A DNA stretch of 64,000 bases from a virus. The notes beneath the pieces were generated by a model, which did no database searches, was not told where the DNA came from, and was given only the letters and a program-made list of their open reading frames with translations. The DNA lies in the IMG/VR virus record IMGVR_UViG_3300017782_000002, positions 55,817-119,816 of that record, one strand, 5' to 3'. This document shows, one piece after another, positions 28,099-40,000 of this stretch (its first letter is position 1; every line of letters starts with the position of its first letter). Both the position numbers and the translations under genes were made by a program.

Positions 28099-31000
28099 AT
28101 GGCAGAAGAAAATCAAAATCTGAATCAACCAATGCCTAATGATGTTATGACGGGAACTCCTGACGTAAGCATAGGTACAAACAACTGGGAAGATATTAAA
28201 GATTCTTTAGTGACAGGTTCAGAACCTGTAGATAGTTATGAGATAGAAGGTTTAGAAAATGCTGTAAAATTGCATAACATGGTTTCAAAATTTCCTGTTA
28301 TACAGTCTACAGTTGCAGATGAACCAACTGCTGAAAGCGCAAGAGATGAAATTCTTGGTGGCGTTGTAAATCAGGTTATGGGTAATATTGCAAGAACAGG
28401 TTCTCCTAATGAAGTTCAACCAGTGCGTTTTGGTTTAAAAAGTTCTAATTTTGATAGGTATTATAATCATCCAAAATTTAATGAACTAGGATTTCATCCT
28501 TATGCTGATAATGAATTAAAATATAATGAAACATCTTCATGGTGGGATGAAAACAAAAGAGCAAGAGGTCAATTCTTAAACGTATTTTCTACAGGCTTCT
28601 TAAGTACTTATAAATCTTTAGGTGATCTTATGGCAGGTAATTATTTATCTGGAGACCAAGAGTCAGCAGAAAATTTTGCTGATGCAATGAGAATAGGTAA
28701 TTCAACTCAAGAAGGTGCTGGTGCTTTCTTTAACAATCTATTAGTAAACTCTGGTTATACATTTGGTATAATGGCTAACATAGCTGTAGAAGAACTTGCA
28801 TTAGCTGGTTTAGAGTTAGCAACTTTTGGTGGTGCTACACCTTTAGTAGCTAGTAGAACTGCATACAATGCTGTTAGAGGTGGTAAAGCTATAGATAAAA
28901 TGTTTGATGTTGGTGACTATTCTAATAAAAGTAGGAAGATGTTAAACCAAATGAAAAGTCTTGATTGGACAAAAGATTTTTGGCAAAGGGGTGGAAAATG
29001 GGCATCTAATGCTTTAACACCTAATACATATAAAGCATTAAAAAATATTAATAGTGTACAAAATGGAGCAACTTTACTTTCTAACTCAGCTAAAGTAGCT
29101 AAAACATCAGGAGCATTATATAGAGATTTTAGAGCTGTTAACCTTGCTATGGCTGAATCTAAGTTAGAAGCAGGTATGGTTACAAATGATTTGATAGATG
29201 AATTATATCTTGAGTTTGTTAATAAACATGGTCGTGCTCCTGTAGGTGATGAGTTAATGAAAATAGTAAACAAAGGTGATGAAGCATCTTTTGTAACTAC
29301 AATGTTAAATGCACCTGTTATATATTTCTCTAATGCAATTGTATTTGATACTATGCTAAGAGGTTTTAGAGGTACAGGTTCTTTATTAGCTGCAGCACAA
29401 AAAGGTATAGGTAGTAGAGTATTAAAAAGCTCTGCTAAACAGATGGGTAAGAATGGTAGCAAGGCTTTTTATGATGGAGGTAAAACTGCTTATAGAAGAT
29501 TTATAAACAAAGGTCTTTCTGGTAATTTAAAAACATTTGCAGGAGCAGCATTAAATTATGGTCAAGCAAACATTGTAGAAGGTTTTCAAGAACTTACACA
29601 AGAAGGTATTGCTGTAGGTGCAAAAGATTATTACCGTAATTTATATAAAGACCCAATGGCTGCAGGTTTAGATGCTATAGCTGCTTCAACATATGCGGGA
29701 GCCAAATCACAAATGTCTGGACAAGGTTTTGAAGTATTTATGTCAGGTTTCTTAATGGGCGGTCTAGTAAGAGGACCACAAAAATTAGTTTTTGAAAAAG
29801 GACCTGAATGGTATCAAAAGAAAACAGATCCTGAAGGATATGCAGAATATCAAAAAGCTAAAGAAGATTACATAAAAGAAACAGTAGATGTTCTTAATGA
29901 AGTATATGAAAACCCAGAAGAGTATTTCCACCCAGATAAAATTAATGCGTTAACACAAAAAGAGGTTAATGAGTCTTTGTTTTCTTCAACTTTTGCAGAA
30001 GACGCATTATCTTTTATGGATAAAAAAGATTCTGGAGTATTTAAACATTTATACACAGTTGTTGCTGCAGGTAAAATGCATGAGTTTAAAGGTCAAATGA
30101 AAGATTATCTGCAACTTGATGAAAAAGGATTAGCTGAAGCTTTTCCACATGCTACAAGTGAGGAAATAAAATCTGGAAAGACAAGAGAAAGAATTGAAAC
30201 TATGTTAGATAGAATGGATAACATAGAAAAAAATTATTCTGAACTTAATGATAAAATAATAAATCCTTTTAACCCTAAGAAACATAAGAAAGGAACTAAA
30301 GAACACTTTGAAGAAGCAATAAAAGCACAAGCATTTAATCATGCAAAAATGCTAGCAATGTTCACTAGAAATAGTTTTGAAAGAGCTTTAGAAAGATCAA
30401 ATGAAATATACACAGAGTTGTCTAACAATCCTGTATTAGCTAAGATGGATGCTAATGATATTTCTGTGCTTGCTGACACAGCACAGCTTATTCAAGAAAT
30501 AAGAATATTAAAATTAGATATTAAAAATACAACTACACCAATTGAAGGTGAAGGTAAAATAACATTATCTGGAGAACAAAAAACATTACTTGAAAAGAAG
30601 AAAAAGAAATTAGAACTATTACAAAATTATTTTGGTACATTATCTGATCCTGAAAATATAGAAAAGTATGAAGCACCTGTAGGTAAAGCAGAAGAAAGCG
30701 AACAAGATGCTGAGTTTAATAGACTGTCAAATATAATAACAGGAGATGCAATTAAAAAAGTTAGAGAAGATGTACTAAGTACAAAAGTTATTACTGATGA
30801 AGTTTCTGAAAGATTAGTAAAGTATCAAGCTGGTACTGCAAATCCATTTGGTGTTTTTGATATAAACAATCAAGACAAATTAGAAGAGGTTGTTATGCCT
30901 TATCTAAATGAAATTGCTGGTACTACTAAAGATAATTTTATAAAGTATGATGATGTTAAAGATACTATTATAAAACTTATAGATCACAAAGCATTAAAAG

Positions 31001-34000
31001 GTAGAGCAGAAGACTATAACAGAATAGTTAAAACAATACTAAACCCTGAGAATCTTGAAAATGTTTCTGAAAAAATTGCAATAGTATTTAAAGAACTATT
31101 CTTAGAGAACAAACGTGACGTTAAAGAAAGAATGAAAGCTCACGTAGCTCAAGAAGAAAAAATATCATTCTTAAAAAACTTGGCAGAATACGGAATATAT
31201 CCAGATGCAGAACAAGCAGAAACTTTCTTAAAAGGAGGAGAAGCTCCCTTTGAATATTTAACAGAAGAAGGTGTACTAACACCAGACAGCAACTTAGAAC
31301 TATCTGAGAAAAAAGATGAAATATTAGGTCATTACTTAAATCTTAGTGGCAATAAGATGCAAGGTGATAAGAAAAAAGAAAAGAAAGAAGAAGAAAAATC
31401 TGAAGAAAGTGATCCTTATAACTTTGAAAACACACACTTTGAAGAGAGTGAAGATGCAGAAGAAATTTCTGAAGGCTCTTTAGGTAAATATTTAGGTAAC
31501 CGTTATGGAGACGCATACTTAGTTAAGAAGCACAAAGAATACTTAATTAGTAGAGAAGGAAAAAAAGGTAAAACATTAACAGATCATGCTGAATGGTTAG
31601 CAGATCCAGTATCACTTAAAGCAAGAAAAGTAGAAAGTGGAATTAATAAAATACACGATAACATTTTTGTTGAAGAAAAACTTGTAGGTACATCTGATAA
31701 AACTTTTTATGGATGGTTAGCTACTATGCAAGGAGATCAAAGAGTATTAGACATTTTAAGAAGCGTTGATATTAGCATGTCAGATATTCTAGAAGAAGTT
31801 GAAGACAGATCAGAAACTAAACAAAAAGTAGCTCCTTCTAAAGTTGAGTATAAAGTTGTAGAACAAACATACACAGATAAAGATACAGGTGAAAGATTTA
31901 AAACTTTTAATGTAGAAGATGATAAAGGTAATGTTGTAAACAAAAAACCTTTTAATAGTAAAAAAGAAGCTAGCTCTGAAAAAAGAACTATAGAGAAAAA
32001 TAAAAAAACAAAAAAAGCTGAAAGTGCTGCTTTTACTTTTGCAGGAGTAGAATATAAAAAAGGTGATATACTTGTAGATCAAAATGGAGACAAGTATATG
32101 GTATTCTCTACACCTAAGATGGTAGAAGATAATGATAACATATACATTAAGAAGTTAGATAAAATTTCTAGCAAGCTTAAAAAAGATAAAATGTTTTTAG
32201 ATGAAACTTCTTTTAAAGAAATGAACCTAGAAACTGTGTCAGAAGAAAGCTTAGACTATAGAAACAGAGCTAGTAAAATTAAACCACATGAACCGTTAAC
32301 TATATTCCCTATATATAATAGAGATATAGTAAACAGAGATGATCAAATAGAAGAAGGTGTAACAAGATTACAAAATACATTAAGAAATTTAACTCCAGAG
32401 CAATCTAAAAAAATAACTTTTAGAGTTAGTCCTGGACCTAACTGGTTCCGTGCAGAAACAGAAGAGGCAAAACAAAACTTTAAAGAAGCTGTAGATGCTG
32501 TAGAAAATGAATTAATTAAAAGACATGGTCAAAAATGGCAAGTTGAAATTCAATTAAATGGAGAAACAATTGGTTTCTTTCAAGGACCTACCACACTAAA
32601 GCTAGTAAATAGAAAAGGGCAAAACATAAACCCTATGGAGATTACTGAATCTCAAGTACAAGATATATTTAAAGTATATAAAAATCAAAAAATAGAAGAT
32701 GTTACAAAACAAGTAAGAGATAATTATGTACAAGCTTATGGTATCTATGATAAGATAGATAAGTTAATGGAAGGTGTAGAGGGTGCTGAAGTCTTCTCAC
32801 AAAAAGATTTATCTGTTAATGTAAACATAACTGATGGTGCAATGTCTATATCAGAACCAGGAGAAGGAGTAAGCTTTAAAGACTTAGATCATAATTCATT
32901 AGCTTTTGTAAATAAAGAAGATCTAATAGATCCTAATGAAAAGCCTTATTATATATTAGATTACAATAGACAATATAAAGAAGACGGGAGTTTACCTACA
33001 AGTAAAGTAGAATTTAATGTTATAACTAATGTTAAAATAAATACACCATCAAGACAAAGACTTAAAGAAGAGACTAGAAAATATGAAAATAAATTTAGTC
33101 CTAGAAAAAGATTTGGTAAATATATTGCTCTTGTAAATTTACCTAATGGTAGATCTGCTTATGTTAATCTTATTCCGTCAGCAATGACTGAACAACAAGT
33201 TACAGGCTTGTTTACAGAAATGCAAAACAAATCTATAGATACTACTGAAAATAATATTGAAAATGGTGAAGTAAAAGCAGTAGGATATAATAGAGCTTAT
33301 AACAAAGACTTACAAACTAAAGTGTTTATAGGTGCTACACCAGGAGTTTATCTTGAAATGAAATTATCACAAGATGGTTCTTTTAGAATAGACTATTCTG
33401 ATCTGACTATAAAGAAAGGAGCACCCTTACAAAAAGGTACTTTTCTAATTAAGGCTAAAGCATTCCAAGAGTTAAATGACATACAAGAAGTATTAGACTC
33501 ATTAAACAAAGAATTGTTTGGTAGTGAAAGTCCAGTAGAAGGTAAAGCACACATTACATTTGAAAGTTTTAGAAATGCTGTACCAAAAAATCCTACTATT
33601 GCAGACATACAAAATATGTCTACACAACTTAATAAAGAAGTTAAAAAAGATATAAACTTTTCTTTGTCATCTACAGACAACATTCATGTAACAAAGAGAA
33701 AGTTAGCTAAATCAGCACCAAAAGAAATAGCTAAAGATGCTGAGTCAATGACTACAGAAGAAAAAATGGAGTCATATAGAAGTGATCATCAAAACATTGA
33801 TCCAAAGATATTAGAAGACATTGCAAAAAAACAAAATGCAAACAAAGAACTTACAGATTTAGAGCAAGCTATAGTTGCTCAAAACTTAGATGTACTTGCT
33901 GGTTTAAGACTAAAGTTTGCTACAAAACCTGTTTCTCAATCTAATACGGTAAGTGAAGCTACAAATCAAAACGCAGTTAGTGAGATTAGAGATTTAACTG

Positions 34001-37000
34001 AAAAGATAAAAACAAGGAAAAGACAAATAAGAACAGAAAATAGAGAAAACCCTGAGAATGCAGAAAAATCTAACAGAGATATAAACAATATAGCTGCAGC
34101 ACTTATAGCTGCTGATCCTGAATTACAACTTCTAGAAGCTCAATTAAGATTAGCAAAAAGTAAAGCTAATAAAATAATAAAAGGTTTTGATGGGCATGAT
34201 ATAGAAGACATAGAAACATTTACAAGATGGGTGCAAGATAACCTGCCTGCAGAAATAAGAATTAATGTTGAAGACTTAACAACAAAACTTAAAGACGGTT
34301 ATATTACTGTAGGTCAGTTCTATATGCAAATGAAAGATATTTCTAAGGGTATAATGGGACTTGAAGGAGTTATAACAGTAACTAAAAATTCACCATTTAA
34401 ATATCATGAAGCATTTCATTCTGTATTTAGATTATTACTTACAGATGCAGAGATTAAAAAATATTTAGGAATTGCTAAAAAAGAAGTAAAAGCAAAACTT
34501 AAAACAGAAGGAACTACTTTAGATGCAGCTCTTGAAAACATGAGAAAGCAACATGTAATGTATGCTGAGATGTCTAAAAAAGCATTAGAAGAAAGATACT
34601 ATGAAGAGTATCTTGCTGATGAGTTTGAAAAATTCAAAATGGATCCAAAAAGTACAAAGACTGATTCTGAGAATAAATCAATGTTCCAAAAAATAATAGA
34701 CTTTATAGTTGAGTTACTTACTGAGTATAGACCTAGACAACTTAATTCTTTATTTAGTGATATAGATTCAGGTAAATATAAGAATGCTTCTATAAAAGAA
34801 AATAGGTTTACAGATTCTTATGAAGGAGATGTAGCTTTTAAACTTGAATTATATGATCCTAAGTTTATTGAAAGAAAATCAACAGACGGTGAATCTAAAC
34901 TAAAGCAAGTAAAAAACTACATGCCTTCTGATCAACTGCATGAAATAGTTTCTGGTATTTCTAATTTATATACAGGTAGATTAGATAAAGCAGAAGCACC
35001 TATTGATGCTAAAATACTTCTTGATGAAACTATTAATGATTGGATTGAAATGTATAATCCAGAAAGAGACTTTTATCATGATAGAGGTGTATGGTATGAT
35101 GACAATGTAGATGAGCTTACTCTTTTATATGAATCTCTTTTAGATCAGATTGGTGATTTAAGAGAACTTGTTAAAAGAAATATATCTGAGTTTGCTGGAA
35201 TAAATATTGAAGATGCTGATTATACAGAAGTTAATGAAAAAGAAACAGGAGATTATGATAAGTCTGCTGATATGTTTGGTGGTTACTCAGGATTACCTAA
35301 ACGTTTAAGACATTTAATATCACAAACTACTTTAGAAGAAGAAGATAGATACGGTAATAAATATGTAAATACTGAAACAAAAGAACCACTTATTGTAGGA
35401 GTTAATCCAGAGTACGTGTACAATGGACTATTAAAGGTTCTTGCTAATACGCCTAATGACCTTAAGATGTTTCAGAAAGCTTGGTCATTTTCACAAAACA
35501 ATCACCATACTAAAGAGGTTATAAAAAACTTATTTAGAGAAATAGGCATATTAGAATTTGCACAAAGCGGTGAAATGTTTAAAGAAGATGCTGAAATACC
35601 ATCACAAGTAAATAACTCAGCATTATATCTTTCATTTATAAAAGGATTTAGAAAATATAGAGTTGACAATATATTTGCACATACTGATACAGATACTGGT
35701 GTTACACATTTATATGCAGCAAATAAAAAAGATGATGCTCATGTTACTGTTCAACAATGGGCTGCAGACTTTAACAGACAATATCCTAAATTAAAGCTAG
35801 AAAACTCATTAGAAAGAGAAGAAGCAAAAGATGCCTTAAGTGAATTAACTTCAATGTTAAAGCTTACATCAATACCTGAGACTTATAATTTAGCAGTAGA
35901 AGTACAAGCTGTAGCAGAAATATTAAAAAATGTTGCTGGTATGAACATACACCAAAATTATATATTATACAGTATATATGATGGTCTAACTACTTTAACA
36001 GAAGATCAACAGGTTTTATATGATGCATACTCTTTTGTTGATCCTATGCAAGTTGAAGAAATATCATACATTAGACAATCTTTAGTTTCTGGTGAAAATT
36101 TATATTTAGATAACCAAACTGTATATGAATCTGAAGAAGCAGACGCAAAACCAGAATTTGCAAAAGGTGGTGTAAAAGGAAGACTTAGAAAACTAGCATT
36201 AAATAATTCACAATTTGATGAAGCAGTTGGTGCCTCAACGTTTATAGATTCAGAAGGAAACAGAAGATATGCTCACCAAGATCCAACACTACACTTAGAA
36301 AAAATTGCTGAGATGGAAGGTGCAGAATATATAAACGACAAATTAACAGAAGATGTGTTTTTTGAAAAGAACATGTTATTAAAAGATCCTAAGTTTCAAG
36401 CAATGGTTGCTGCAGGTCAAGTTAGAGCTTTACGTATTGTTGGAAGCAAAGAGGGTGCTTTAAGATTAACTGAGTCAGGATTGTCATCAGAGCGTGGAAG
36501 AATGGTTGGAGATACAGGTGTAAGTTATGGTAAATCAAAACCAAGAGAATTTGCATTAGACATGATACATGCTTACCTTTTTAACTATAACAGACAATCT
36601 CCAGGCAAGACACAAATTGGTACAGATGATAAAGGTTTAGAATTTGCAATAGCTCCTACAAACATAAGAGTTATAGAAGCAAGTAATACTGGAGATTTTG
36701 TAGCAGTACCTGTACATAAGATGCTAAACAAAAGTAAACAAGGTATAGAGATTAATGATAACGCTCTAAACATGTTTATAAATGAATTAAAAATTGAATT
36801 TGATAGAGCAAGAAAGTTTCACATTGATGAGCAAGAAGGTGTAGAAAATCTAATAGATAAAAAAGAAAGATTAGGTAAGTTACATACTACTTATACCCTG
36901 TTGTCTAAATTAGTTACAGAAAACCGTAATATTAAAACAGAACTTCCTGGTATAGGTAAAGACCAAAGAGCTGCAATCACAGACGGAAAACAAAACATAT

Positions 37001-40000
37001 ATTTATCTACAGTTGCAAAAGCAGTAACCTCTAATTTATCTCAAGACCAAGAAGGTGTAGTTGATATAGATGGTGAAATGTTTGTAATGAAACATAAAGG
37101 TAAATTAAATTTTAATGAGCTTTCAGATGAAGAACAAACAAACTTAATAGATAACTACCGCCCTAGCATTACAGCTATAAAAGATACAAAAGGAGCAAAA
37201 CAATATAAAGTAACAATAGACGGAATTGATAATTATACATATAGTTCTGATACACAAAGATTCTTTAAAGGTTATAAGGACATGGTTATCTTTGAATTTG
37301 AAAGACTTGAAGATTCTGAAACAGTTGAAACTAAACTTGTTGAGTCAGAAGAGACAGGTGAAATAATTGCTGATGCTGTACAAAAAGATTTAACTGCTGT
37401 ACAAAGAGTAGAGCAAGTAGCTGAATTTGGTATAGAAGGTGTAGAAGAAAAAGATTTATTTGATACTGTATTTGCAGAAATAGGAGGTAGAGAAATTGTA
37501 AAAGACAGATTAATGGATGAAGTAAATGAGTTTATCCTTACTCTAAAAGAAATAAAAGCATACCAAAAAGTATCTAAGGAAATAAGAGAAGGTCTTGGTG
37601 TATATAAAACAATAAGAAAAGGTACAGACACTGCATACGATAGTTCAGATAATGAATACTATATGGATCTATACAACCTTAGACCAGGTGATCCTGATTT
37701 TAACCTTGCACAAATATATCTTAATAACTATATAAACACAAAGTCTTTTAATCAACTTATATTAGGAGATCAAGCATTATCTCTCAAAGATTTTATTGAT
37801 GCAGTAAAAAGAGCTAAGATGCAAAACGGTGCTGGACCGTCAGCAGCAACAGAAATCTATGATGAAGATCTTGGTGTTATGCATAAGGTAGACCGTATGA
37901 GTGCGGTTGTTCATGAAGATTTTGAGTATGAACAAATGTTTAATGAAATATATAAGTCTGATAAAGATAGAGCTAGAGCAAAGGGAGACTTAGCTGATGG
38001 TCAGATATACATAACTGAAAAAACATTAAGATATATGTTATTTGGTTTTGGTAAATTAAACAAGGCACAGTCACAAGTTTTAGATGACATTAAAGAAGGT
38101 AACATAGCAAAAATAAATGAAGAGTTTTTTGGTACTGGTAATAAACTAAGCCATAAAAAATTAGATATGATTGCTAACTCTTTAAAGATTGTTTACGGAG
38201 ATGGTAAAACTTTCTTAAAAATGTCTGCTACACTGTTATCTAAAAATGCATATTCTGTACAGGACGTAGATGGTAATTGGGTTGCGAGAGAAGGAAGAGA
38301 AGATTTACACAACTTAAGAGTTAAATTAGAACAATTTGAAGAAAAAGAATGGGCAGAAGGTAGAGGTACTCTTAGTATGTCAGTACCTAAATCTGCTTCT
38401 AAGATGTTTAATGAAAACATTGTACCTGACAAAATTGATATAATAAACCAAACTCCTATTGATCCTAAATATACAATGGATTTATCTGCAGAATACATGA
38501 GACTGCAAATGATTAATCCTTCTAATAAAATAGAAATTGTAGATGCTAGACAAATTAAAAATCTTATTACAAGTGAACAAAGTTTAGATGAGACTGTTAT
38601 ACTTAACGGTCAGGAAGTTTCTGTTAGAGATTTAGTTATTAAATATCACAAATTAGCAGGTGATAAACTTATGAATGAGTTTTTTGCACAAAGAAATTTA
38701 ACCTTTACTTGGTCTAATGCAATAAGAACATTAGATAAAGTAAAAGAGAATAATAAATTTATACCAGAAAATTCAAAAATAGACGGTGACTTAAGAGCAT
38801 TTGTTAAATATGCAATAGCAGGTTTAGAAGCTTCACAAGCTAAAACACAAATGTTATCATATTTTGAAGTAGATGAGTTTGGTAATCCAAAGTATAATTT
38901 AAATGGACCAATGACTCATGATAAATTTGAAGAACTATTCTTAGCATATTTTTCTAAAGGAATTTTAGCAGGAAAACAACCAGGTATATCTGCAGCTTTA
39001 GTATCAGACTTTGGTGTATACACAGTAAAGCAAGTAGAAAAAATAGATGAATTTGGTACACCAATAAAATGGAAAGTTATTAGAAGTAACGATTGGGAAA
39101 ATCTTAAAAGACAAAATCCAAACAAGTACAAAGCTGTAAAACAAAGAGAAAACTTAGGAGAACACGTATTAAAAGTTGGTGACTTTTATCTTGATAGATT
39201 AAGAAGTAACGTTCAAGAATATAATGATAAAGGTGAGTTAACAGGATTAACTTATACTGAATTTATGATGCCTCCTCATTTTAAATCACAGTTAGATAAT
39301 AATATAGCTTGGAATAAACCATTGCCAGATTCTATTGCTAAGATGTTTGGTATAAGAATTCCTTCACAAGATAAACACTCTGCAGTTAATTTAAAAATGG
39401 TAGATTATCTTCCTGTATTTATGGGATCATCTGCAATGTATGCAAGAGAACTTATAGAATTATCTGGAGCTGACTTTGATATTGACAAACTTTACATGCA
39501 AATGAAAGAGTTTTATTATAACGGTAAAGACTTTGTTGAGTATGGTAAAGCTAAAGATGACAAAAGTGGTTATAAAGAATATGTAAGATGGGTATTAGAA
39601 AACGCTACTAAAAGCTCAGCTATTAGACAAGCCTTAACAAGATGGAATGATTCTCAAAAAACAACACAACCTCTTGGAATAAGCGCTGAACAATATCTTA
39701 CATTAACACCAGAAGAGCAACTTGCAGCAAGAAAAGAAATAACAAAATCTTCTAATAAAATTGTTATGGATATGCTAGATGCTGTTATGCACAGTAATGT
39801 AGCTCTTGATTCTGTTATGATTAACAAAATGTTTGACAGAGCAGAAGGTTTACCTGAAGCATTAGAGTCTATTGGTTTACCAGTTACTCTTGCTGACTAT
39901 AAAGCATTTAAAGAAGCTAACAACAGAGAACCTTATACAGCTGCAATTAATAACGAGTTGTTAGATGTTAAGTTTGCTTTGTTAGGTAACAAAGGTATTA